Shown: positions 26,966 through 38,259 of the stretch, in pieces | Layout: each line of letters starts with the position of its first letter | Position numbering within the stretch: position 1 is the stretch's first letter | NCBI GenBank assembly: GCA_002633005.1 | Contig: NMRA01000019.1 | Coordinates: 941,942 to 1,005,941 of the forward strand | Reading direction: 5' to 3' | Length of the DNA: 64,000 bases | DNA from: Phoronis australis | Taxonomy: Eukaryota > Animalia > Phoronida | Position numbers and translations under genes: made by a program | Notes under the pieces: generated by a model | Told to the model about the DNA's origin: nothing | The model's database searches: none | What the model saw: only the letters and a program-made list of their open reading frames with translations

Positions 26966-28149
26966 CCAACCCTGAGTTTGATAACGGTTCATTGGATGAA
27001 CACTGGGGAAAGGTCATGTGACATGTTGAAGCCGGTTTACACCAGAACACCGTGAAAACGTGCCAAAAACCATATTTCTCACATCACGTGGAATGTGTTA
27101 GGACACGACTTGTTAATAACACGAGTACATATTTTTTGACACTACATGGGCGAATTGCAAAGAAGTGCAATGTAGAAATCCATACGCCTTAGGCCTACAT
27201 TTTATCGTCTGCAAAACAAGTGGCAAACACGCTCTAACCAAACAATGCCATAACTCCGAGAAGGTAACAAGGTTATGATTGGCAAATCGAGTATCTCAAC
27301 TGTACGTACTCCCAGTCGGAAGGACATGCAAACAACTTCTTAAATGGACCCATCTTCGGCGGCGAATTTCATATCTATGTTCAAACGGAGACAAACTCCA
27401 ACTCCAGAAATGCGATGAGACTGTCTAGGTGTGCTGTCTCAAGCGCGAGGAAGCCTTGCTGACTGTGTTATTTATAAACATTTACATCTTCAAAGGCTAT
27501 TTATTAGATTCTAACTTGGCCATTTGTTACAAAAGTTGAATGCAATTTACGATTTTTAAGTTTAAAATAAAACTGTTAACAAAACCGTACCGAGTTTACT
27601 TCACGTTGTGCAAGCGTGTTTTTACAAAAGGTGCGTCACGTGGTTAAAAGTTTTAGAAACTTCGACTTTTTCGGCAAAAAAGATCGTTTTTAGGGTTTAT
27701 GTGGGAACACAAATCCTACACTCGTCTCAGGTTGATGACAAGGGCAAAACCTCTCCGAAATTTCGTCAAAATTCCGAGGCTTGCCGATTCTCTACTGTTT
27801 GCTCGCGTGCCGGTATAATATGGCAAATGCAGGCCGAATACATTTACATATGTGAAAGAATTGAATCAAACAGTGTGCTATCCTTAGACAAAAGTATGAT
27901 CTCAACTAAGAGTAGCCGAACGTTGTTTGGAATTGAGCAATACTACAGCTGTATGATCATAATGAGAGAGGTGGTTTTGCGGCAAATTCAAGTGATGGAG
28001 TAATCCAAAGGTTGATCGTACAGGCAAAAACTTTTGAAAAGCGACTGGGAGTCAGAGTATTATTAGATAATTAAGTACCAAATTTGTGAAATCGTTTCAA
28101 AGAATTTTCATTTTGTACCAAGAATATGACACGTGACAAAGGACGATAT

Positions 28150-28870
28150 AAATTTCACGATTATTGAATTTCATAGCAATTTCCTCGCGGATCTTTCATG
28201 TCGCGGAGAGATGATTTCGTTACAAAATTTGCCTCTTCGCAGACAGATAAATTGTACGTTTTGCACTTAAGATTTCTCGCGCATAGGAAAATTTGAACGT
28301 TCTTAGAGTTATGAAACTTGAGAGCATTTCTCGTGCAGATCTTGCATGTCGCGGATAGGTGATTTCTTTACGAGTAGAATCTTTCTAATTACCGATGGTT
28401 TTCGCTCAAGTAACCCTATTGATATTTATGTTCGAGATTTTAAACATTAGGGAATTATTTGTCTGATCTTTTATGTCTCGCATATATGTATAACAATATA
28501 AGCTCACTGTTCAGTCCTAAACAGGGGATTTCTGTGAGAAATAATCCACTTGCCGGACATGTAGTTAGAATGCGTTTTACAACTAGGATTCCCATTATAT
28601 TGGTAAATTCCATTGTTTTTGGTTACGAGTTTTAGCGCAATATTCGTGCACGTCTGGCACGGCATGTCGCAGAGAAGTGATTTCGTTACGACATGAATTC
28701 TCACCGAAACATGTTCTTAGAGATACATTTTAATCTTTCATGTCTCATATATAACAATATCAATTTAGGAATATGGATTTCGCGGTTTTCTGCCTGATGT
28801 GCTTGTCACGGAGAGGTGATTTCTAAAAATAAGACTCATTTTGCTGATCTTTCACGTCTCATTGTCATAT
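28150..28870. repeat. Degenerate tandem repeat array
   Basis: Recurrent gatctttcatgtcgcggagag(g)tgatttc core near 28190, 28337, 28465, 28660, 28800 and 28845. Confidence 0.6.
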
Positions 28871-29112
28871 GCACCATGATCGTTTGAGCAAATTAATTTT
28901 AAGGGGAAACAGGTGAACTTGCAGTACCTCCAGCGTCATTAATATGCCATCTTCAAAGAACAAATTGGTGTTATTTAGTAGACGGTAAAGACTTTAATAT
29001 TTCATTTAACGCTCAATGCTTGAATTGCAGACAACTTGAACAGTTCCTAGTTATTACTTAGTGTACAGATGCAGAATTTTACTTCGAAATGAAAACCACC
29101 TTACGGACGCGC

Positions 29113-29371
29113 TTATTCAATGAAAGTAAATTTAATGCGCTCTATGTCGCACAAGCCATAGACAACAAGTCTCGTGTCCTTTCCCGGTTGGATTGCTCCG
29201 CGTAGTGGATGCCAGCACTTCCCGCTTGTGATCTGAGCTATCGAGCCACCTCTGGTCAAATCCCACTGAATGTCTGAGCGGTCACTTCCCCAACAGTTGT
29301 CTGAATGTAACACGATTCCGGTGTTATCCCGGGGTTGGGCTTGTCCGTGATACACGTGAACACATTTCCCG
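29113..29371 (-). CDS. Secreted deaminase-lectin protein, exon 6 (beta-trefoil 2, subdomains beta and gamma, stop)
   Basis: ttttgcag acceptor, phase 2; reads SGKCVHVYHGQAQPRDNTGIVLHSDNCW...SGKCWHPLRGAIQPGKDTRLVVYGLCDIERIKFTFIE*. Confidence 0.88.
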
Positions 29372-30489
29372 CTGCAAAACATTACATTGCTTACACTGCA
29401 GTAACCAGAGTAAACCTGGAAATTTTACGCTTTACAGACTCAGAGAGAAACAAACGGTACTAACTGACAGAGATATTCTTTTCTCGTTATCAATAAGTCC
29501 TGTTACGTTCGCTGTACCCTAGAACTATAGGCTACCTATACGTCGAAGTTTCGTAGTAAATCACCAACTTGTTCTGGAATTCAACAAAGAACTGGGACTA
29601 AACGCTGATTTCATGTACATGTACATGCCCAAATTGTCACAACAGCCCAAGCTGTCAGTGGAATATTTGAAGTACCGGTGCAATGCCGTGTTTGTGTCAC
29701 CCCAGCGGTGAATCTTTTTCTTTTGTCGTCTGAATTTCCTGTTACCGTGGCAGGTCAAACATGAGAGCTCATTTCGATCTGATGGAACTGCAGTGTATTG
29801 GTTATTGTTGTGAACAATAGAAGGCGCGAGAGTGGGAATAAAGATGGCAGCCATCAGACAACTTGACTTTGCATCATCCGTAGCAAGCGGGGGGGGGGGG
29901 CGGGGGATACATGCCCCCCGAAATTTTGCAGACGTCAGGGTTAAACCGTCGCAACCGAGATAAGCGTGGGGCCGGGTCGTATTTGAATATACTATTCTTA
30001 CTGCCAGTATGCAAGCAATGGTGCTTTGCGATTTGTAATTACTCTTAAACAACAAAGAGATTATCCCTCATTTTTAAATGACCCAAGTCTTCATATCTTC
30101 TCTTAGAAGAAAAATAAAATGTATGAGAAACCGTTCCCTCAGCCTTAGACTAGAAGTGTGCTTGACAGACCCATGAATCTGCAATCGGAGTTTAAAATTG
30201 CTGAAAGTATCAAAAATAACAAGGCTTGAAAATGGGTAACAAAGGCTTGTAGTTGTCTCAAATAACATGCATATTTTGCAGACAAGTGATGCGTTAAAAG
30301 AAATTTTATGGCTACGAATGAAAAATAAAGACGCAGTTTCATACATTACTTATTATATAAACTCTTGCTTTCTGGAAATAGTAATTATTTAATTTTACGG
30401 TGTGAAATTGTAGAGCAGTCACCATATCAAATTTGTGGAAAACAGGGGCAGCATTTTTTACCCATTCTGTAGTACTTAATTATTCAAAT

Positions 30490-30990
30490 TTCAATATTTG
30501 TTCCAAGTTCAGGGACATTTTTAAGGCCACTTCAAGCTGCAACATAGACAAGCTTTGTTACTCCTTTCTCTTCCCACAGCATTTCCACACATCAGCAGCG
30601 GTGCATGGAGAAATGTGAATCGCAGTACTAAGTTACCATAAGAAAATGTGCCAGTGGATTGTTTGTGTGTGAAGAGGAACTATATCTGACTGCTACACCA
30701 GCTAGCCTCGTTGGTGAGGATGCCCTTTTATATAGGCAATGAGTCATGTGTGGACAACAATGGCTTATTTCCTTTCTTGGAAGAAACATGAGGGACTGAA
30801 GCTAAAGAAGACCTAGTAACACGCTGGTCTAGTGCAGGGTCAGATTTTGGGCACAGAACGAGTCAAATGATATGCTGTTGTGTTTACCTTCAAGGATCTA
30901 ATTGTGGTTGTTATTGAGGCAGAATGAGGTATGAAGGAAAGCCTCGTGCCGCAACTGGACCTTTTTACAAGCGCTTCTACAGGTCATTGA
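30490..30990 (+). pseudogene. Degenerate YqaJ/lambda-exonuclease-like domain, probably a transposon accessory ORF relic
   Basis: Broken frames read SKFRDI...TSAAVHGEM*...SGLFVCEEELYLTATPASLVGEDALL...LKLKK...VQGQILGTER...VVFTFKDLIVVVI...LVPQLDLF; several stops and frameshifts. Confidence 0.6.
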
Positions 30991-31763
30991 AAACTAGATC
31001 TCAGTGAAATGGAAACCAAAAGCATCTGGTATAAATACTGAGTGACATCAACTTTTCCTTTCAAAAGAAAGGCTTTATACCAATGGTAAAAACTTTTCAA
31101 TTTGGTACACATTATGGGGAAATGACAGTCAGTGACTGCATCGATTGTCTTATTCTCGGTAGAAAGCCCGTTTATGTTACACTTTGATGATCAAATAAAA
31201 CTTTCATCAACAGGCACGTTAGTCACAAATTATTGAAACCACTAACAATATTTCTTCAGCTTTAAAGCCCCATACAGTGCAGTTGTGCGGATGAAGCTGA
31301 AATGATTACCGATTACCGATTACGCTTGCGAATTGTCATTTTCCTGTCGACCAATAGAAATGTGCAGCGATCAAAATGAAGTATTCCCTTTGTTTGCATT
31401 TGATTTGTTTGTGTGTGTGTAATTATTTTTGGAGTTTTCCTAAGAAGGCCTTTGAACAATTTCAAGTTTTGTGTTAACTTGTCTACAACAAAAGTTCCAC
31501 ATGCAAGAAAAGTATGTTTTTAATTGTAGCTAGCTGGATAAGAATCTGCTATGCACAAGATTCGAGAATAAACAATTATCAGTGTATTTAAAAACAAAAT
31601 GGCAAACTGAACAACCACATATATACAAAAAAACAACATTGTTAAAAACAATTGTAATTTTCCCAATGCAACGCAGTCCATAATCAGGCATATCAAGGGC
31701 TGACTTTCCGAATTAGGTTCAATTCTCTCAGGTTTTTGCCGAGGGATTGCTTTTCACTTTGTC

Positions 31764-32607
31764 CAAAGGAAAAATAGACGGTCAGGCGGCTGGTTTCAGT
31801 CGTTTTCTGTCACCTGTAACAGAATAGTCAGAGATATATTAGCAAATTATAAAAGAAAACACATGACAAAACTACTTTTGCAAAGCACAACATACTTGAC
31901 GTTTCATCTTCATGTTTATATGTAGAAACTAATAATCTTTGTACCCAAGTCTTATTTAAGATCTGACTTAAAATATGTGAAATAGGCTAAAATTGATTTA
32001 ACAATGTATATTTTTCATGACACCTGAAATGTGTTTCTGATCTCAAGTAAAATTCATTCTAGGAGTCAATTTTTATTCCAATGCAATGTTACGACATTTA
32101 CGGAATAGCTTATTCATGTTAATTCGGTAACTAATCTGGTAGACCTGGGGGTGGCGTCCGCTATGAAATAAGGAAACTCACTCATCTAGAGAATTTCATT
32201 GGACATAGCTTAGTTTTGAAGAGACACTGCTGTGCAAAAGTCACCCTTGACTTCTGAACGTCACGTACCATACACCTCTTACATTGGGCGCACTCCCACC
32301 CAGGACAACGTGAATATATGTTCTGCTTGCCTACCATCCGGGTCCCGGGTGAGTTTCCGAAAAGAGGCACTTAGTTCCACTCAATAAACCGTTATTCAAT
32401 GGGGTAACTAGTGGGGATAACATCAGATAATGATAGAAACTGGTTGCTAAACACTTACCAAGTAACATTAGCTAGTCTCACACACTTTTTGTCAGTTGGT
32501 TGACCCTTATGACAGCAATTCTCCACGCCTGTAGTAACCTTAGATCTTTTGGGAATTTGTGACCTCCTGTCGAAGACTTGCACCGCGAAAACTAACAATA
32601 ATAAGGC
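31764..32607 (-). pseudogene. Degenerate THAP zinc-finger domain in two pieces (transposase N-terminus relic)
   Basis: 32607-32480 reads PYYC*FSRCKSSTGGHKFPKDLRLLQAWRIAVIRV; after a ttacag acceptor, 31813-31764 reads DRKRLKPAA*PSIFP (AVPTIF-like motif). Confidence 0.6.
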
Positions 32608-33349
32608 TTAGCGGGAAGACGTATTTTGTTAGCAATTGCATCTTTTTATCAGCTGTTTACATGCAGACAGCGACGCATGCGCAATTCAATCACTACTAGT
32701 ACAGCAGCGATGCCGCGAGGAGAATTCTCCGAATATCCCAATTAGCCTGGGGATTATTGTAGCTAGATATTGTTTATAAGGGTCTGAAAATTTTGAGACC
32801 AGGGGAACAATCGTCATGAATAACCTTCCGTGATGAACCGGCAATTCTCGTTATCCATCCCATAACTTAGAAAAACCGCCAAGGGTACATTTAGGAAAGC
32901 AAAAGTATAGTGAAGATGGACACCAAAGACCAACATTAACTGCTATCCCAAAGAGTGACAGCCGTATAACTGAAGTGCTGACGTCAGCTGAAGCTGATCC
33001 CATCAGGTTTATTGGGAAAATGCAATGTTATTCTTCTCAGGAGAAAACTTGGTACTGTTTTATCGCACCACTCATAAGGCAATATGCATTACACACTTGT
33101 AGGAACAGGCATTAGAGTGGTTAAATTTTGGAGGGACCTCCCAGGTCCATGGTTTTCTGGAGTGTTCTTCGACTATGCGCTTTGAATGGTCTACTTGGTA
33201 CCGTGAACATGGTACTGTCACCATGGATAAGAAAAATTTCGAAACCAATTCTGTTGGCATAAGTGATCTGGTTTTAATGTTGGTTTATCAGACATCTAAA
33301 CAGGAGGAAATGCAGTTCCAAAATCTGGAGCTTAGGCAGTCGATTTTAC

Positions 33350-33542
33350 CTCGAAACATGTATGATATGTCCTCTCGACGTCAAGCCGAATGTGATGCGG
33401 GCGTAGTTTCGTTCAGGCGTAGTGTCGCACTCGTGAAGTACAAGGGGGGTGTCGTTGTTAGGATTGTAAGCTCCTCTTAGCGGATGAACACATCGCCCTC
33501 CAGAATGACGAATCCGCCCGTAAGCCACGTAGACTGGCAGTG
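33350..33542 (-). CDS. Secreted deaminase-lectin protein, exon 5 (beta-trefoil 2, subdomain alpha)
   Basis: 193 nt, phase 1 to 2; reads ALPVYVAYGRIRHSGGRCVHPLRGAYNPNNDTPLVLHECDTTPERNYARITFGLTSRGHIIHVS. Confidence 0.9.
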
Positions 33543-33712
33543 CTAAGATAATTGAATCGAGAATGAAGTCTTACTGAAAAAGTTTTAGCATTTCATTGAA
33601 ATAGATGTAACTTATTATATTTTTAGTCAATTAATACAACACAGAGTTTTCATTTACTGAGCTTGGTGGGCGTGGCAGTTTCAGTTAGATCAGTTTTTAT
33701 ACCAGGTCTTAC

Positions 33713-33945
33713 CTGAATGAAGGACAAAGTTGAAGTGATGGTTCCATGGTATGTTGCTACACTGCTGGAGTGTAACGCGAGTGTCATAGTCTCGTGAGCC
33801 CACGTACCAGCATTTAGAGTTGTCTGCTAGGAAGACGTCGTTAAATCTCGTCTGCTTCCACGTATTCGACTGTACCCCGTTGTCACTCCAACAATAATCT
33901 TTGTTCAATACAACTTTGTCTCCACGTTGTTTGAGGCATTTTCCG
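33713..33945 (-). CDS. Secreted deaminase-lectin protein, exon 4 (beta-trefoil 1, subdomains beta and gamma)
   Basis: tttcag acceptor and GTAAG donor, phase 2 to 1; reads SGKCLKQRGDKVVLNKDYCWSD...NSKCWYVGSRDYDTRVTLQQCSNIPWNHHFNFVLHS. Confidence 0.85.
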
Positions 33946-34518
33946 CTGAAATTCCGCACTTGATTACTTGAGTGTTGAATAATTAATAAATAGCCATTAC
34001 GTTTTCTATTCAAACCTATAAGGGGTAATAGGGGAAATTGCTCCCGGAATGATCCCCTTAACGCGAAAGAATATGATGAAAAAAGGAAGACAATTGGTTC
34101 CACGATGGGCGCCCGTTCACGAGAGTGCTTCCAAACATAACAGTCTCTTGTATTATTTCACAGAAAACATGAAACAGACCACTTTAAGATGAAATAACTA
34201 GCAAGAAACAGGAACAGGTTTGTAGCTAAATCATCTTTTGCAAGAGGCGGAGGTTTCACCAAAGGAACGGACGCTCTGTCATTTGATCGTACCATTAGTA
34301 AAGCGGAAGAACCCTTGGGCATCTTGTTGAGATATGTGATGAGAACATGTTTGTAATGTCCATGGAACAATAGAGTTTTTTTTTAACAAATATGAACCCC
34401 TTTTGTTCAATAGAGAGTAATGCATTACGTTTCTTCAATGGAAGAACCAAAATATAGACTTTTGGTGGGTCGTTTGCTTCATTTTTTTATTGCTCCACGA
34501 ATAGTAATTAAACACCAG

Positions 34519-34659
34519 GTCCCAGTTGCATAAAAGTTATAGCAACAATGACACTGCATTATCACGAGGCACGTTGTTATGGTTGAACAATGCACCTGAC
34601 GTCACGCAACAATCAAACTTATCCATCGGATAACTTTTGAAGCTTTATGCAACTCAGCC
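34519..34659. mobile_element. Harbinger-type MITE in intron 3
   Basis: TIRs gtcccagttgcataaa / tttatgcaactcagcc, flanked by CAG and CTG; left flank reads AAACACCAG. Confidence 0.6.
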
Positions 34660-35163
34660 CTGGGGAACAATAATTAAAACAGAAAAAAACTGTGCTTCCA
34701 ATTTAACCAGGGATTTGCATTTGTATTCCAATGCGGCCACGGGATGAGCATAAGAAGTGTTGAGTGTTAGCTTTTCGTGGCGCCGCAATCGAAATGATCG
34801 ACGCTCGCCAATTAATGAAACGGGATGCCACAAGGTAATAGCCAGCCTTAATACAGAAGCAGAGCTTTGAAATCAGAATAAAACTGCTGTGGCCATCTCT
34901 GCATGTCAAGTTTTATCAGTCTTTTTAGAAGTTTGGCAATGTGCCCTTCCATGAACGTGTACAGGACACATGCTGCAAAAAGTAAGAATTGGGCTTCCCT
35001 ATACCGTGAAAAATGCCCGCGACTCCAAAGCGTAAATGCTGCAGTTAGTTAATATCTTTTCTTGTAAACACTTCCTTTAGCAAGATGGATGATAATTATC
35101 ACCGTCTATTTCTATCGCCAGTGGCTTGCCAACTATCACAAAACAGTGCGAATATATTGTTAC

Positions 35164-35356
35164 CTTGACAAGTGAATAATACGCTTAGATGGCGTTATTC
35201 CCCACGTTATTCTCGCGTGTCCGTTCTCCCGGTCGGCATCACAACCATGTATAACAACTGGAGTGTCCTGGCTCGGGTCATGACGCCCGCCAAGGGGATG
35301 AATACAGAGTCCTGAGTCCATGTGTTTTAGTAGACCATAGCGTGAAAATGGAACAA
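35164..35356 (-). CDS. Secreted deaminase-lectin protein, exon 3 (beta-trefoil 1, subdomain alpha)
   Basis: 193 nt, absent from the ORF track; tttttgcag acceptor, phase 1 to 2; reads IVPFSRYGLLKHMDSGLCIHPLGGRHDPSQDTPVVIHGCDADRENGHARITWGITPSKRIIHLS; the HPxGG...P..DT..V.H pattern matches MytiLec-type lectins. Confidence 0.9.
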
Positions 35357-35509
35357 CTGCAAAAACAGATATTGTAAATCATTCTAGTATGTAACATGTC
35401 ATTTTACCAAATCGTTCTCCGGCCGATTAACGTGGCCCTATCTCTTTCATACTTGGCCAACACGGAGAACATTACAATAACATAATGTGTTGCAAAACAC
35501 TCTACTTAC

Positions 35510-35874
35510 TTCCTGTTGCACCATTGTTGAATACACAGGTGCCCTCTGTTTGTCTGTTATCGATTCTGCACTTGGTTTCGTCACTGAACGGCCACCAAAT
35601 GGACCGTTTCTTCCTCAGCTCGTCATGTCTGTCTGACGGCAATGGTTGTAGACAACTCGGATCGAGTTGTGCGAAATGGATGTTGGGAACATTTCGAAAC
35701 TGTTGTCTGGTAAACTGTAGGATGTCTTGTCCCACACTTGGCGGGTTACCACTTGGCGTGAATACTCTAGTGTAGCCAACGTAAAATTGTATGGTTGGAT
35801 GGGCCCTGGCAACTCGTGCTATTTCCCTGGCACAGCCTCGGCACGGTGAATTAATCGTGTAAATGTGGACAGAG
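35510..35874 (-). CDS. Secreted deaminase-lectin protein, exon 2 (PCxxC zinc ligands, HDEL-RKKR linker)
   Basis: tttcag acceptor in phase 2, GTAAGT donor in phase 1; reads SVHIYTINSPCRGCAREIARV...FYVGY...LDPSCLQPLPSDRHDELRKKRSIWWPFSDETKCRIDNRQTEGTCVFNNGATG. Confidence 0.9.
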
Positions 35875-36692
35875 CTGAAACAATGAAACAATAAAAGTAT
35901 CCTATTTGCAGTAGTCAGTTTCGTGTGTGTGTTTGTGACCAAATGGTGTCTGATATATCCAAGAGGGCAAACCTAACTATGGCTTCCCTTTAATGTAACT
36001 ACACTTAAACAATTTAAAATTTTCGAAATTTTGCTTCATTTAGTAATTGCTGGCATAAGCGGTGCAAATCCCGAAAGCGTTCTTACTTATTAGCGCCATA
36101 TTTCGATACAGTTGTATCAACCGCCGGTGACCATTCCCAGATCCTGTGGACTTCGAGTGTCAACCGATCGTCCGACCTGTCCTCCGTACTAACTACTGGT
36201 TCAGTAACGCACGGAAAATTCAATTATAATCTATCTAGTCTTGACTGAAGAGTAGCACAAAATGCTTGTCAAGCTCCCAAGTAGAACTTTATTGATGTTG
36301 TTAGCAAGTGCTTCACCCGAAGTCTGGTGTCACAAACTGTATTTTACTGGCAGACCCTCATAGCGTAGATGAACGAAGTAACGGCAACTGACCATAGGAG
36401 CACTCAGAGTGCACCCCAGTATGTGCAGATTTTTTTTATTTATTCTGGTATTTTTTTGGTTGGACTACTGATTATTTAAAATAAAGCAATATTTTTTGCA
36501 AGTCATGTTAGTTTGAACTAAACACAGGCAAACAAATACATCTTGTACCGAAATAGATGCATGACTGAGTGAACAATTACGAATCGATTGAGGCATATAT
36601 CATCCACGTGTGATCATTTTTGTTGGAGATATGAAGGATTGAATGGGGTCTGAATAGGGACCCGGCAACTAGACTTTTACCGAGTGTTCTGA

Positions 36693-36915
36693 GGTCGTTC
36701 CAAAAAACTGATTTAATTTCATTTCTGACTTCAGTCTAAAATTTGTCTAAACTTCCAAACTTTGAAACTTTCACATCCGGAAGTTAAACAAAATTAAGAC
36801 AGAACTAAGTCAAAAACTTAAGTAAAACTTACTGATCTCTTTCTCGAAACGGACTTGAGACAAATTTAAATTTCATCTTAAAATTGGCTGGAATTTAAGG
36901 TTTGTCTTAGCTTAT
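36693..36915 (+). mobile_element. Truncated copy of the 19038-19285 MITE in intron 1
   Basis: Shared aaactt(c/t)cacatccgg...aaaattaagaca...ttgagacaaatttaa...ttgtcttagct. Confidence 0.75.
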
Positions 36916-37022
36916 ATAGTCTAGACCGCCATATCGTGGCGTGATATCCTGTGACTGCGTACACCGCCTGTTTGTTTAAACGTACAGAAATACAACAGTA
37001 GTTGATGACAATTACAAATTAC

Positions 37023-37393
37023 CTAACTGGTCTGTTTATGGTGAGCAAATTCTCAAGGTGAGATAACACTCGTCTTTCGGAATGGTCTGGTCCTCCAGGC
37101 TGATTAGCAGTGATTCGTATTCTAGCGACATAGTTTTGACTGGGCGTCAGGGGAGTGTCATCAAAACTAAGCGTGCACGGATCGAAGTTCCTATCACGAC
37201 CTGCCCCGTTCACGGTCAGAACAGCGTATTGCGGAGGAGTGCGAACATTTCGAAATAACTGCGTGAACTCCCGTCCGAGATTAAGAAGGTATCTAGCGTT
37301 CGGCAAGGCAAGATTATCGACGCCAGGGTATGCTGAAGGTAAAAACAACAGCACCACAGAAAACACAGATAGGTGCATGATTGCAACTGACAT
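37023..37393 (-). CDS. Secreted AID/APOBEC (SNAD)-like deaminase-lectin protein, exon 1 (signal peptide and HxE)
   Basis: Hydrophobic N-terminus MSVAIMHLSVFSVVLLFLPSAYP; QYAVL...NYVAR...PDHSERRVL; donor AG|GTAAA in phase 2; the six exons sum to 1614 nt (537 aa plus stop). Confidence 0.9.
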
Positions 37394-37434
37394 GAAAAGC
37401 AGACAATGTGTATAACCCTTGACGCTGAACGATG

Positions 37435-37441
37435 TTTTATA
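37435..37441 (-). promoter_or_regulatory. TATA box of the deaminase-lectin gene
   Basis: Canonical TATAAAA on the minus strand about 42 nt upstream of the ATG. Confidence 0.6.
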
Positions 37442-38259
37442 TTCGAAAGAAATCAGGCTACACTTCCTGGTTCACTACCGATGACTTTTCCAGAAATACA
37501 GGGTGTCCCGAAGATGTACTCACACTTCAAATGACGTTGTTTATTAACTTAAAATTAAGAGCTGGTCAAAAAGATTCCAATTTTGAACAGGAATGAATAA
37601 TGCATCGTTGGTATTTTTGTGAAAATGCACTTCCTGAGCAATTTTGAAGTGCCGATATTTTTTGTTTGCCAGGACAGAGTCTTATTTGCCATCCCTACGT
37701 AGAGAGCTCGCGCCTAAATTCCGTAGACAGAGTAGCGCTACTTTCACAGCAAGGTATATGGTAGAGTCGAGCGTAGGTTTTGATGAACTGGAATTGAATT
37801 TGAACTCTCTGGAGCATGTACTGTAGTATGAAAACATTTGCACTTGATCGACAAAAGAAATTTTATTTTGTACATTCGGTCTTTTGCTTCATTGGCCATT
37901 GCAACTAGCAGCGATAAGGTTTTGATTTCCTCCCGTCAACTTGTGTTCCACCCGTACCTCCATGTGCGTAGCCAAGGGAACTTCAAAGGGGGCAAACATC
38001 CCCCCTCCCCCCCAAAAAGCGGCAGGACAGTAAAGTATAGTGTGGAATATTTTAAAAACAATTTCTAGTAGTTTGGGAGACCAATGCATGAAGAATAGTG
38101 TCTGAAAGTTCCTTATGAATCCGATCAGCCATTCCTGAGATATAATGTTTCGAAGTTTACCAAAATTGGACATTATTCTAAGGTCCCACGCAACCTTAAT
38201 GATTTGTATTTTCATGCTCCTAACTATATAACAGGAACGTCACTGACCTACTCTAAACA

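Noticed and set aside
34703-34972. Possible extra exon in intron 3 of the deaminase-lectin gene (ttttgcag acceptor)
   Set aside because: The required phase hits a stop after about 22 codons with no lectin motif; exon 3 joins exon 4 cleanly
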